From an uncultured Bacteroidia bacterium (GTDB lineage: Bacteria > Bacteroidota > Bacteroidia > Bacteroidales > UBA932), in assembly GCA_902785065.1 (NCBI GenBank), contig CACZXH010000008.1, positions 72 through 64,071 of the forward strand: DNA of 64,000 nucleotides, written 5' to 3'. Of this stretch, positions 18,100 to 28,349 are shown one piece after another. The notes beneath the pieces were generated by a model that was given only the letters and a program-made list of their open reading frames with translations, was not told the DNA's origin and did no database searches. Position 1 is the stretch's first letter; every line of letters starts with the position of its first letter. The position numbers and the translations under genes were made by a program.

Positions 18100-21000
18100 C
18101 GCAAATCCAGTTTGAGATCCTTGTCTCCCACCAGGATGTGGAATTCTCCCGGCTCGACGAAATAGCGTCCCTGCGCATCCAGATAACCCAGGTCACGGGC
18201 AGGATCGACCTCGAAACGGAACGTCTCCACAGCGCCGGCGGCAATCGGCTTCTTCTCGAAGTATTTCAGCTCACGTTCCGGCCGGGTAAGGACAGAGCAA
18301 TAGGGATCGGACACGAACCACAGCACGGCTTCCTTGCCATCCACCTCTCCGGCATTGCGTACGTCCACCTCCACCGTAAAAGGCCGGGAGAGGGACGCCG
18401 TGCCCACGACATGAGGTTCGCCATAGACATATTGCGTATAGCTGAGCCCGTGCCCAAAAGCATACAGGGGATCGGAGGTAATGTCTTTGTACACGCCCTG
18501 GGATCCGCGCCGACCGGACTTGTGCCGGCCGTAATAGATGGGAATCTGGCCTGCTGTCCAAGGAAACGTGACGGACAGTTTACCCGAAGGATTGATGCGC
18601 CCGCTCAGGATGCCGGCCAAGGCAGAGGCGCCATTGACACCTGGCTGCCAGGTCTCCACGATGGCATCGGCCCACTCGTCCACGCGAGGGATTTCCAGGG
18701 CGCGGCCGTTGGTCAACGTCACCACGACAGGTTTTCCGGTCGCCTTCAGGGCCTCCAACAAAGCTTCCTGACCCACCGGAAGCGCAATGGATGAGCGGGA
18801 AGCGTTTTCTCCGCTCCAGTTCTGCTGCTCGCCCATGCAGTAAATGACCACGTCGCTATCCCGGGCCAAGGCGACCGCTTCGTCAAACCCGTCCCGGAAT
18901 TCGGCCGGGACGTCACATCCTTGCGCATAGCGTACCAGGGCTTCCGGAAATTCGCGGACGATTCCGTCCAGGAAAACATCCACATCCTCCGGCTGGGTAT
19001 GGGCATGCCAATTGCCGCGCAGATCGGAAGGATTCTTGGCCAACGGGCCCACGACGGCAATCCGGGCTACTCCTCGCAACGGTAGGACACCGCTGTTCTT
19101 CAGCAGGACCATGGATTCGGCAGCCAGTTCACCGGCCGTCTGCATCGCTTCGGGAAGGAAGAATCGCTCTTGGGGCTGGCTTTCAGGGGTATAGGGATGC
19201 TCGAACAGGCCCAGGCGGAACTTGACCCGAAGCACACGCCTCACGGCTTCGTCCAACACGCTGCCCGGGATTTCTCCGCTTTCGACCAGCTCTTCCAAGA
19301 ACGTGTCATATCCGTGTGACATCATGTCCATGTCGACGCCGGCCTTGATCGCGGTGGCGCTGGCCGTCCGCAAATCCTTGCAGTAACCCTGATTGACAAG
19401 CTGCCTCACGGCGTCCCAGTCCGACACCATCAGTCCGTCGAAACCCCATGTGTCACGCAAAATCTCCGTGAGCGTATACCGGTTGGCCGACCCGGGCACG
19501 CCGCTGATGTCGTTGAAAGAGCTCATGAGCGAGACGGCTCCCGCCTCCAGGCTCATCCGGTAGGGCGGCAGATACACGTTCCACAGCGTGGGACGGGAAA
19601 TCTCGGTATAGACATAATCCCGACCCGCCTCGGAGGCGCCATATCCCACATAGTGCTTGAGGCATGCGGCGACCGCATCCTGGCTGCGGAGACCCGCGCC
19701 TTGGTAACCACGGACGGAAGCCGCCCCAAAAATCCCGTTGGCATAAGGATCTTCCCCATACCCTTCCGACATGCGGCCCCAGCGCGGGTCGCGGGCCACA
19801 TCGATCATCGGTGAGAAGGTCCAATCCACCCCGCTGCGTCGGGCTTCCCGGGCCGAATGGGCGCACATCCGCTCGACCAGTGCCGGATTCCACGAGCAGG
19901 CCTGACCCAGCGAAATCTGGTACAGGGTCTTGAAACCGTGGATGTCGTCATAGCCAAAGAGGATGGGAATCCCAAGCCGGGACTGCTCCACGGCCTTTTT
20001 CTGCATGGCATTCCGCAGCGTGGGGTCTGCGTCGAAATAAATGAGGGAACCGATTTCGGCCGGAATCTCCTGCACGGCTTCCCCGATATTGTTCACATTG
20101 TTGTTCCGTCCCAGTGTATACTGGTTCAGCTGCAACACCTTCTCATGGATGGTCATGCGGGAAAGGAGATCCTCCACACGCACATCTTCAGGCGCCGATG
20201 CGTCCAGATATCTCGGCCGCCCCGTGTCCGGCCTTCCCTTATAATAGGCCTCCATCACATACCAGGCCTTTTTCTTGGTGCCGTGGTCGGACAACAGGCC
20301 TTTGCGGTTGAAAAACTGCTGGTTGGCCGGATGCTGCCGATAAGGACTCAGGAAGTCGAAGAGCACCCAGGGAGAAACGCCAGCCAGATTGGGTATGCCG
20401 GCAAACATGGTCAGGTTGTCATGGTACAGCGCCGCCTGATAATCTTCGCTCCATGAACTGGCCACGTCGGCATTTCCGTGCCGCCCATCCAGGGCCTCGC
20501 AGCCGAACTCACTGATTACCAGCGGCTTGTCCACAAACACATTCCAGCGAATCTGCGACGCGGGTTTGGGCCAGGCGGCATACCATCCCATGTATTTGTT
20601 GATACCGACCAGGTCCAGTTTCCCCGCAAAACCGTCCTGCATGACGAAGCTGTCGGCGGCCGCATCAAAATGGGCCACATCGAAGGCCGACGTGAACAAC
20701 CTGGAGCCATCCAGGGAACGCCCATAATCGAGCAGCCGGCTCAGGAAAGCGTCCCGGTCCGGGGCGGGACGGGTTTCGTTGGAAATGCTCCAGAAGCCGA
20801 TGGCGCAGCGGTTTCGGTCCCGCTCGATCATCTCCCAGAGATAGGTCTCCGCTTTCCGGTACGTGTCCGCATTGGAGAAGTCGATGCCTTGCCACAGCGG
20901 AATCTCCTCCCAGATCAGCAGACCTTTTTCTTCGGCATATCGCACGATCCGCTCGCTCTGGGGATAATGTGCCAGCCGGATCGCATTGCAGCCCAAATCC

Positions 21001-22046
21001 ACCGCGGCATCCACCAACAGGCGCGCATCGGCCTCGGAGACGGCCCGCCGTTTCTGCATGGGGATTTCTTCATGGAAGGAGACACATCGCAGGAAGGTCT
21101 CCGCTCCGTTGACCAGGATCTTGGTCCCCTCGACGGCCATCCGGCGGAATCCGATCCGCTCCTCCACCCGGTCCCGGGCGGAGGTCAACTCCACCTGGTA
21201 CAGTTTGGGGTTGAGCGGCTCCCACAGGCGCAACCGGCGGGCCTTCATGACCAGACGGGCACAACCGTCCGCATCGGTAAGCGCCTTGCCCTTGAGTTTC
21301 AGTTCCGGAATGGAAAGGATTACTTCCTGCCCCTCCAGGGCCTTCGAAAGGCGCACATCGGCCACGATCTGGTCGTCGCTGCCATCCTGCAGGCGGATGA
21401 AATAACCGGCGATGTGGTTTTCCGGGACATCGAGCAGCATCACTTCGCGGGTGATGCCTCCATAGTTCCACCAATCGAAGGACATCGCAGGAATGGCGTC
21501 GGAGCGACGCTTGTTGTCGACCCGCACGGCCAAGAAGTTGTCGCCGTCCTGGAGCAGATCGGTAACATCCGCCTCAAAAGGCGTGAAAGAACCCTCGTGA
21601 GACACGACCATCCGCCCATTGAGCCAGACGTCACAACGCAGGCTTACTCCGGCGAAATACAGGATGCGGCGGCGGCCTTCCTCCCGGGCGGCCTGGAAAT
21701 GTCTGGCATACCAGACCGTCCCTTCATAGCGCTGCAGTTCAGGATCCTGATGATTCCAATCGCCGGGCACCACCAGCCTTTTGGCTCCTTCGTAGGAGAA
21801 TTCCACGAAGTCGGTCTTCCCTTCCGGCTTGCGGTCCAGGTACATCTTCTTGTCCAGACCCGTGTCATACTGGTCCACGATCGCCATCCATTCCCCGTCC
21901 AGGGACTGTCCCCCGCGGGCATAGGCATTCCCCGTCAGATGACGGGACGGCCGGAGAACTTGCCCGGAGGCACCTTCCACGGACTGGCCGGAAAGCGGCA
22001 GGACCAGCACACCCCCCAACACCATCAAAAGCAGTTTCTTCCTCAT
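18096..22046 (-). CDS. Bifunctional fusion: N-terminal GH2 beta-glucuronidase + C-terminal GH3 beta-glucosidase (~1316 aa)
   Basis: True start MRKKLLL at 22046. GH2 part: RLAHYP, WSISNE, SEFG and the glucuronidase N-x-K motif NRKG. GH3 part: RDPRWGR, KHYVGYG, SDWDAV, FGHGLSY. Confidence 0.88.
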   Translation of the reverse strand: MRKKLLLMVLGGVLVLPLSGQSVEGASGQVLRPSRHLTGNAYARGGQSLDGEWMAIVDQYDTGLDKKMYLDRKPEGKTDFVEFSYEGAKRLVVPGDWNHQDPELQRYEGTVWYARHFQAAREEGRRRILYFAGVSLRCDVWLNGRMVVSHEGSFTPFEADVTDLLQDGDNFLAVRVDNKRRSDAIPAMSFDWWNYGGITREVMLLDVPENHIAGYFIRLQDGSDDQIVADVRLSKALEGQEVILSIPELKLKGKALTDADGCARLVMKARRLRLWEPLNPKLYQVELTSARDRVEERIGFRRMAVEGTKILVNGAETFLRCVSFHEEIPMQKRRAVSEADARLLVDAAVDLGCNAIRLAHYPQSERIVRYAEEKGLLIWEEIPLWQGIDFSNADTYRKAETYLWEMIERDRNRCAIGFWSISNETRPAPDRDAFLSRLLDYGRSLDGSRLFTSAFDVAHFDAAADSFVMQDGFAGKLDLVGINKYMGWYAAWPKPASQIRWNVFVDKPLVISEFGCEALDGRHGNADVASSWSEDYQAALYHDNLTMFAGIPNLAGVSPWVLFDFLSPYRQHPANQQFFNRKGLLSDHGTKKKAWYVMEAYYKGRPDTGRPRYLDASAPEDVRVEDLLSRMTIHEKVLQLNQYTLGRNNNVNNIGEAVQEIPAEIGSLIYFDADPTLRNAMQKKAVEQSRLGIPILFGYDDIHGFKTLYQISLGQACSWNPALVERMCAHSAREARRSGVDWTFSPMIDVARDPRWGRMSEGYGEDPYANGIFGAASVRGYQGAGLRSQDAVAACLKHYVGYGASEAGRDYVYTEISRPTLWNVYLPPYRMSLEAGAVSLMSSFNDISGVPGSANRYTLTEILRDTWGFDGLMVSDWDAVRQLVNQGYCKDLRTASATAIKAGVDMDMMSHGYDTFLEELVESGEIPGSVLDEAVRRVLRVKFRLGLFEHPYTPESQPQERFFLPEAMQTAGELAAESMVLLKNSGVLPLRGVARIAVVGPLAKNPSDLRGNWHAHTQPEDVDVFLDGIVREFPEALVRYAQGCDVPAEFRDGFDEAVALARDSDVVIYCMGEQQNWSGENASRSSIALPVGQEALLEALKATGKPVVVTLTNGRALEIPRVDEWADAIVETWQPGVNGASALAGILSGRINPSGKLSVTFPWTAGQIPIYYGRHKSGRRGSQGVYKDITSDPLYAFGHGLSYTQYVYGEPHVVGTASLSRPFTVEVDVRNAGEVDGKEAVLWFVSDPYCSVLTRPERELKYFEKKPIAAGAVETFRFEVDPARDLGYLDAQGRYFVEPGEFHILVGDKDLKLDLR

Positions 22047-24073
22047 AACAGCGTATATTTGTAAAGGGCAAAAGAATTCTCTTCCTTGAGTTCGACGGCG
22101 ATGCGGCCGTCCGCATCGGTCTTCACGCGGGTGGGCCGGCCTGCGCCCACGACAGGACGGAGCGTCACATTCCGACCGGGCGGAAGATGTGTCTCCAAGC
22201 ATCCTTTCGACGACGGATGCCTCTCCCGGAACACCAGCAGATAACCCTCCTTCCCGTCCAGGATGGATTGGAATCCGGTCCAGCCATAACCGGACGGCTC
22301 TTCTCCGATGGGAAGGATGATTCCGGCGTGGAGTTCACCCATGATTTCCCGGTAACGCCGGAGGAGCGCGGCTGTCTCGAAGGCCTCCTCGGGCAGGTTG
22401 GACGCTTCCATCCAGGCCAGCGGCTGAGCGGCAAATCCGATGGCCGCCAGGTAGTCAAAGCGGTAGTTCTCCGGCGCAAGGGGGTCTCCGGCGGGGTATT
22501 TGTCGGCATTCCGCCATTTGTTCAGGAATTCGATCTGCAACCGCTGGGCGGGGACATAGCGCGAAAGCATCCACAGATTGCGAAGCGTCTGATAGGGGTA
22601 GTAGTTTCCCCAGTCCGTGTAGCGGTTTTCCAGAAAGACATTGCCGTACTCGGTAAAGTAATGGTAACCAGCCCGGCGTCCAGCCGTGGCGTCCAGGTTG
22701 AATACCACGGCGCCCCCGCTCTCCGACCGTACACGGTCGAAGAGCCGGCGCAGGTTCTCCTCGGCCTTCTTGTCGGGAATCTGCAATCCGTCGATCTTGA
22801 AAATGCGGATTCCATATTCCCGCCAGAGTCCAAGGATGGCGGCGGCATCCTTCTCCCAGTCGGCAAAGCTGTCCTGGATGCTGGGGTTGAACCAAAGGCC
22901 CAGTTCCAGGCCCAATTCCCGGGCGCGGTCCGCCACGGGAGCCAGCCCGCGGGGATATTTCACGGGGTCCGGCGTCCAGTAGTCGGGATTGTCCCAGATG
23001 TTCCGGAAAGAGCCCTTGGCCAGGATGGAGTTGGGGCTCTTCCCGCTTTGCCAGCCATCGTCGATCTGGAACACCGTCATCCCCAGGCGGGCGGCGCGTT
23101 CCAGTTCTGCCAGGCAAAAGCTTTCATTGACCTTGGAATCCTGACTCCTGTCTCCCCAGGTATTCATCATGATCATATCCTCGCTGGCGCGGACGGTATT
23201 CTGCCAGGCCCGGAGGGCCAGCAGGCCAGCGCTCCGGGAGGGTCCGTAAACGCCCAGCACACAGCCATAAAGCCGGGTCCACCGGTCCGGACGGATGTCC
23301 GCCGATTCGATGCCGATTCCCGTCACGCTGAACCCTTCGTGGTCTGCGTAGAAGTCATTCCCGCCATAATGGAGCTGCACATTGGAACAAGGTGCTTCCT
23401 TCAGGAGGAAAAAACCGCCCGCCCGATCCTGGGCAAAGAGGAGATTACCCCGATAGCCCAATTTCCGGTAAGGGATGAAACGGTCTTCAAAGACCAGCGT
23501 GTTGTTCCAATCCGTCACATCGCGGAACTCCACCGCGGTGCAGCGCCAGTGCTCACCGGGAATCGCCACCCGCTCCAGGGTCGCCCCATCCACAGCCTTG
23601 GTGGCCATATCGGCCGTCGATTCGATATTCTTGCGGTCGGCGTCGCTGTCGGTGTCCCCGGTCAGTTTCCCCAGGAAGGCTCCCCGGAGATAGGTGTCGC
23701 AGCCGATGGCCGGAACATCCTCGAAAATCCTGTATTCCCGGCGCACTTCCACAGAGCCCTGCGAGTAGTGGATGCGGACCAGCAGATGTTCCGGCCGGAG
23801 GGCCGTTCCCGGGACCGTCTCCATCTCGAACCTCCCGCCCGCGACGTCGCCCGAAGTCAGCACGAAGTCGGGCTGACGACCGGCTGCGGCGCGTACTACG
23901 CCGGTGATCCTGTCGGTTAGGGAAAGGGTGGAAACCGCCCCGCCATTCCAGGCGAAGCGGCGCTCCATGAGGTTGTTGCCCAGAATCAGCGTATCCCCTT
24001 CCAGGCGGGCATAGGGCTGGCTTTGTGCGCTCAGGCAAAGGAGCAGGGCGACGGGAATCAGCAGTTTTCTCAT
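22043..24073 (-). CDS. GH36-like alpha-galactosidase
   Basis: MNTWG, FQIDDGWQ and FKIDG motifs typical of clan GH-D barrels; signal peptide. Confidence 0.65.
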   Translation of the reverse strand: MRKLLIPVALLLCLSAQSQPYARLEGDTLILGNNLMERRFAWNGGAVSTLSLTDRITGVVRAAAGRQPDFVLTSGDVAGGRFEMETVPGTALRPEHLLVRIHYSQGSVEVRREYRIFEDVPAIGCDTYLRGAFLGKLTGDTDSDADRKNIESTADMATKAVDGATLERVAIPGEHWRCTAVEFRDVTDWNNTLVFEDRFIPYRKLGYRGNLLFAQDRAGGFFLLKEAPCSNVQLHYGGNDFYADHEGFSVTGIGIESADIRPDRWTRLYGCVLGVYGPSRSAGLLALRAWQNTVRASEDMIMMNTWGDRSQDSKVNESFCLAELERAARLGMTVFQIDDGWQSGKSPNSILAKGSFRNIWDNPDYWTPDPVKYPRGLAPVADRARELGLELGLWFNPSIQDSFADWEKDAAAILGLWREYGIRIFKIDGLQIPDKKAEENLRRLFDRVRSESGGAVVFNLDATAGRRAGYHYFTEYGNVFLENRYTDWGNYYPYQTLRNLWMLSRYVPAQRLQIEFLNKWRNADKYPAGDPLAPENYRFDYLAAIGFAAQPLAWMEASNLPEEAFETAALLRRYREIMGELHAGIILPIGEEPSGYGWTGFQSILDGKEGYLLVFRERHPSSKGCLETHLPPGRNVTLRPVVGAGRPTRVKTDADGRIAVELKEENSFALYKYTLL

Positions 24074-25920
24074 TCGGATTTCAAGGCTTTGGGCGCCGGG
24101 AGTGACGGCTGTTCATTGAAACGTTGGTTGTCCGGCAGAGGGCCCTCGACGGCCGCTCCCCTACGCATGAGTTCCTGCAGTTGCGGCAGATACTTCTGAT
24201 AGACGGCCCGGGGCAATGCATCATGCGCATGGCACACGGAAGCGGCCAGGCCGACCACCTCGCCGGCCATGCCGCAGGTGCGCATGACCCGGGTGGTTCC
24301 GAGCGCCACGTGGGTGACCGAAATGTTGCGGCCGGCCATGAACAGATTGTCCACATTGCGGGAATACAGGCAGCGGTACGGGACGGCCGCGGGATAAATG
24401 CGGTTATGGACCGTCCGCGTCTTGAATTCTTCGCCCGGGAAGTGTTCGCTGTTCTCCGGATCGGCAAAATGCAGGTCGATGCTCCAAGTCGTGGCGAATG
24501 TGGCATCCTCGTGGAAAACCCCCTTGTCGATGTCATCCTGCTTGAATACGTAGTCGCCCAGCAGGCGGCGCGACTCCCGCTTTCCGGAGATGTAGGCCAC
24601 CCATTCCAACGCACGGTCAGGGTATAGGCCCATATGGTTCTTGAGCCAGCTCCAATTGGAATAGATGACCATCAGGCCATAGTCCCGGATGTACTCGAAC
24701 TCTGCAACCATGTCGTGCTGCATGCCTGTTTCCCAGGTCCATTCACCCATGGTCACTTTCTGCGCGCTGTCGTCATGGAAAGAAAGCCCGTAATTGAATT
24801 CAGGGAACGCCGACTTACCTGCCGTCTCCCGGCTGTACCATTGGACGGAAGCGCCCATCACGGTCCTGTCGGGCTCGTCCGGGGCCATCGACTCCCCGTA
24901 TTCCTCCTTGCTCTCCCGCCCGTAACGATAGTCGGCCCCAGCCATGAAGCCCACTGCGCCATCGCCTGTGCAATCGGCAAAAAGCGGCGCCTCCAGCAAA
25001 GTCTCTCGGGCCGTTTCAATATTGGCGATCACCAAGGCTGCGATCTTTCCGGGAGCGGCCATGCGGACAGCGGTCACGCGGCTGGATGCATACAGCGTGA
25101 TGTTGGGTTCGGACTCGATCCAGTCCTGCTTCTTTCCGTCTTCATAATTGGACGCCGGCTGGGCATTCCCTCCTTTTGAATGGCCGAACTCCCGCTGCAT
25201 ACGGCCCAGGGCAGGATAAGGGCCCACCTCGATGGTTCCGCCCAAGTGTACGCGGACCTCGGCGCTGTTGTTCCCGCCAAGCACGGGCCGGTCGTTCACC
25301 AGCGCCACCCGGAGTCCCTGCCGTGCGGCGGCTACGGCCGCACACATGCCGGAAATGCCGCCTCCTGCGACGACCAAGTCGTATGACGCCCGGACGGACG
25401 GCTCGTCCGGAAGGCCCAGCATGCGGCGACGGAATTCCATCGTAGCGGAGGGCGCCACATTTTCCGTACTTAGATAGACGGCATCGCAGCGGCCGTCAAA
25501 ACCGCTCAGATCGTGCAGGGCCATCGTACCCTTTCCGGCCTTGAGCTTCACGGAACCGGCATACTGCCACTCCCACTCGTTCCCGCGGCAGCCCAGTTCG
25601 GTCTTCAGGGTCTTGCCTCCTATCTTTACCTGGAATCGACCGGGGCCGGGCAGGGTGGTCCAGGGCGCGGTCCAGTTGTACGTGCGGACCCAGACATGCC
25701 AGGTGCCGCTCTCCGGAATGGCCAGTGTCGTCTGGGCATCGGCCACGGGAACACCCATGCCGTGAGCCAGCAGATAAGGGGATCCCATCTGGTCCATGAA
25801 CTGCTGGTCCAGGACCCAGCCCCCCTTGTCCTCGAAGGATTCACATTCGACGAAAAGGCTGGCGGCGCCCAGGCTCCAGGCCCAGACGGAAAAAAACGCC
25901 AGGGTTAGTATCTTTTTCAT
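24070..25920 (-). CDS. Secreted FAD-dependent oxidoreductase (FAD_oxidored-like) with an N-terminal beta-sandwich domain
   Basis: Signal peptide, DLVVAGGGISG Rossmann motif, LGGNNSAE, DCTGDG, RESRRL, NLFMAGRNIS. Confidence 0.8.
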   Translation of the reverse strand: MKKILTLAFFSVWAWSLGAASLFVECESFEDKGGWVLDQQFMDQMGSPYLLAHGMGVPVADAQTTLAIPESGTWHVWVRTYNWTAPWTTLPGPGRFQVKIGGKTLKTELGCRGNEWEWQYAGSVKLKAGKGTMALHDLSGFDGRCDAVYLSTENVAPSATMEFRRRMLGLPDEPSVRASYDLVVAGGGISGMCAAVAAARQGLRVALVNDRPVLGGNNSAEVRVHLGGTIEVGPYPALGRMQREFGHSKGGNAQPASNYEDGKKQDWIESEPNITLYASSRVTAVRMAAPGKIAALVIANIETARETLLEAPLFADCTGDGAVGFMAGADYRYGRESKEEYGESMAPDEPDRTVMGASVQWYSRETAGKSAFPEFNYGLSFHDDSAQKVTMGEWTWETGMQHDMVAEFEYIRDYGLMVIYSNWSWLKNHMGLYPDRALEWVAYISGKRESRRLLGDYVFKQDDIDKGVFHEDATFATTWSIDLHFADPENSEHFPGEEFKTRTVHNRIYPAAVPYRCLYSRNVDNLFMAGRNISVTHVALGTTRVMRTCGMAGEVVGLAASVCHAHDALPRAVYQKYLPQLQELMRRGAAVEGPLPDNQRFNEQPSLPAPKALKSE

Positions 25921-28349
25921 AATTCGATCGTTGCGGATAGCGGAAGGCTGGCGGACGAGCCGCCGGCCAGGATTTCAAATATACCACTTTCCAAGCGGAA
26001 AGCATGTGTGTCGATATCATAAAAAGAGAAGGCGTCGGCATCAAGCAGCACACGGAAACGCTCCGTGGCACCTTTGCGGATGAGTTTCTTCTCAAAACCT
26101 TTCAATTCTTTCTCGGGTCGGACGACGGAGGATTCCACGTCGCGCACATAGACTTGGGCGCACTCCATGGCATCGCATTTTCCGGTATTGGTGACATCGA
26201 AAGAGACTTCCACCCCGGATCCGGCCTTGCGAAGCTGCAGGTTGGAATAGCGGAAACTGCTGTAACTGAGGCCATATCCGAAAGGATATAACGGGCGGAC
26301 ACCGCTGCGGTCATAGCCGCGGTAGCCCACGAAGATGCCCTCCGAATAGGTCGTCCGGTTGGTTCCGTCCGGGTTGAAATAGCTGACGGACACGGGATTG
26401 TCCTCCCATTTTTCCTCGATGGAAATCGGGAGTTTGCCGCTGGGAGACAGACGACCGGTCAGGATCTCGGCCAGGGCCGTCCCCCCTTCCTGTCCCGGAT
26501 ACCAGGCCAGGAGGATGGCTCCCGCATGGTCGCTCCAGGACTTGAATTCCACGGCGCCGCCCGCGTTCACCACCACGGTAAGACGCTTGCCGGAGAGGCG
26601 TGCTATCATGTCGAGCTGGGCGCCGGGCAGCTCGAAGGGGCGGTCGAATCCTTCTCCTTCGATGTCGCTGTTGAAACCGCCGCAATACACGACATCCGTG
26701 ACATCCGAGAGCGCCTCCGCCAGGCGGGTTTCATCCAGCATACCCGCCTCGAAGCCTACGGTAGCCTCACCCGCATGCTCGAAGAACTCGAAGCAGAGCC
26801 GATAGGTGACACCTTCCGACACCGGCACGAAGATGGTGCGGGAGCTCAGGGAATGATTGCCCCAGTCTCCACCCATGTTTTTTCCGTCCACGGTCATCCG
26901 ATACCCGTCGTCACCGGAGACCACGAAACGGAGCAGGCCGTCGGCCGAAGCCGTATAATCGCCCTCCCAACGCACGGAGAATCCGTCATTGGGAAGCTCC
27001 GGCGTGGGAGACCCGTACTGCCAGCGATGGCTGGGATCGGCTTCAGCGAGCGTCATGACGGGTTCGCCTTCCAGCCTTTCTCCCCTATAATAAGTGGCCC
27101 TGAAGCCACGCTGGCCTTCCAGGCTGATTTCCGGCAGGATGGTCCGGTAGAGTTCGTCTTCCGAAAGATACACCACACTGCGGACGGCTCTGGATTGACG
27201 GAGTCCCTCTTCCACCGATACCGTGGAAAAAGGCGTCACAAAACCGCTGCCACCTCCGGTAGGAATACTGCCGGCATTGGGGCCCAGCACCAACAGCCTG
27301 GACTTCTTGCCGAAGGGAAGGACTCCCTCGTTCTTGAGCAGCACCACTCCCTCCCGGGCGATATCCAGCGCCGTCTGGCGGGATACAGGGTTATCCTCCG
27401 GAATGCGCTCGTCCTGGCGGGGCGTATCCAGGAAACCGAAGGCGATGAACGTCTGCAGGATGTGCTGCGCCTTTTCGTCCAGGACCTTCTCGCTCACGAC
27501 GCCGTTCTCCAGCAGAGGTTTCACGCGTTCGCGGGTGAAATAGACTCCCCGCGGACATTCCAGGTCCATTCCCCCCATCAAGGCACCATATGTGCTGTAA
27601 ACCGACGTCCAATCGGACATGATCAGCCCGTCGAATCCCCACTGCCCGCGCAGGACCGTCTTGTTCAGCCAGGCATTCTCGGTCGAATGGACACTGTTCA
27701 CCAGATTGTAACTGTCCATAACGGCGCCAACGCCCGCTTCCTGCACGGCCTTCCGGAACGCCGGGAAATAGATTTCATGGAGGGTTCGTTCGTCCACATC
27801 GGAACTCATGCGATGGCGGGAACGCTCCTGGTTGTTGGCCGCGAAATGCTTTACCGTGGCCATGACCCCTTCCTCCTGCACGCCCAGGATGTATTGCACG
27901 GCGGTTTCACCAGCCAGGTAAGGATCCTCACCAAAGTATTCGTAATTGCGACCGCAAAGCGGCGCCCGGTAAATATTCACGCCAGGGCCCAGCAGGATGC
28001 TCACCCCGCGGGCTCGCGCATCCTGACCCAAAGCGTGTCCCAGTTTGCGCGCAAGGTCCCGGTTCCAGGTGGACGCCGTCAGAATTCCGCAGGGGAACAG
28101 GGTGCTCACGGTGTTGTTCCGAATGCCCTGAGGGCCGTCGGCCATCCTGATTTCCGGGATACCCAACCGGGGAACGGCGTGGGTATAGAAGGACCGGGCT
28201 CCGGCGATGAAATCAATTTTCTCGTCCAGGGTCATCTGGTTTACCAAGGAGGCGGCCCGCTGTTTATGAGCCTCGGAAATGACCACCTGTGCCCGGACGT
28301 TTTGCGCGGCCAGGCACAGGATTAGCATCATGATGGCTGTTTTTTTCAT
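25917..28349 (-). CDS. GH3 beta-glucosidase with inserted PA14 domain (~810 aa)
   Basis: True start MKKTAIM at 28349. DGPQGIR, GRNYEYFGEDP, KHFAAN, MSDW nucleophile, FSVRWEG..SGDDG PA14 insert. Confidence 0.9.
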   Translation of the reverse strand: MKKTAIMMLILCLAAQNVRAQVVISEAHKQRAASLVNQMTLDEKIDFIAGARSFYTHAVPRLGIPEIRMADGPQGIRNNTVSTLFPCGILTASTWNRDLARKLGHALGQDARARGVSILLGPGVNIYRAPLCGRNYEYFGEDPYLAGETAVQYILGVQEEGVMATVKHFAANNQERSRHRMSSDVDERTLHEIYFPAFRKAVQEAGVGAVMDSYNLVNSVHSTENAWLNKTVLRGQWGFDGLIMSDWTSVYSTYGALMGGMDLECPRGVYFTRERVKPLLENGVVSEKVLDEKAQHILQTFIAFGFLDTPRQDERIPEDNPVSRQTALDIAREGVVLLKNEGVLPFGKKSRLLVLGPNAGSIPTGGGSGFVTPFSTVSVEEGLRQSRAVRSVVYLSEDELYRTILPEISLEGQRGFRATYYRGERLEGEPVMTLAEADPSHRWQYGSPTPELPNDGFSVRWEGDYTASADGLLRFVVSGDDGYRMTVDGKNMGGDWGNHSLSSRTIFVPVSEGVTYRLCFEFFEHAGEATVGFEAGMLDETRLAEALSDVTDVVYCGGFNSDIEGEGFDRPFELPGAQLDMIARLSGKRLTVVVNAGGAVEFKSWSDHAGAILLAWYPGQEGGTALAEILTGRLSPSGKLPISIEEKWEDNPVSVSYFNPDGTNRTTYSEGIFVGYRGYDRSGVRPLYPFGYGLSYSSFRYSNLQLRKAGSGVEVSFDVTNTGKCDAMECAQVYVRDVESSVVRPEKELKGFEKKLIRKGATERFRVLLDADAFSFYDIDTHAFRLESGIFEILAGGSSASLPLSATIEL

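Noticed and set aside
22047-22202. Upstream extensions of ORFs 18096-22202, 25917-28466, 44013-44822, 44810-45991 and 61342-61902
   Set aside because: Downstream ATGs give proper signal peptides, ATGA overlaps or promoter spacing; the extensions overlap neighbouring genes.
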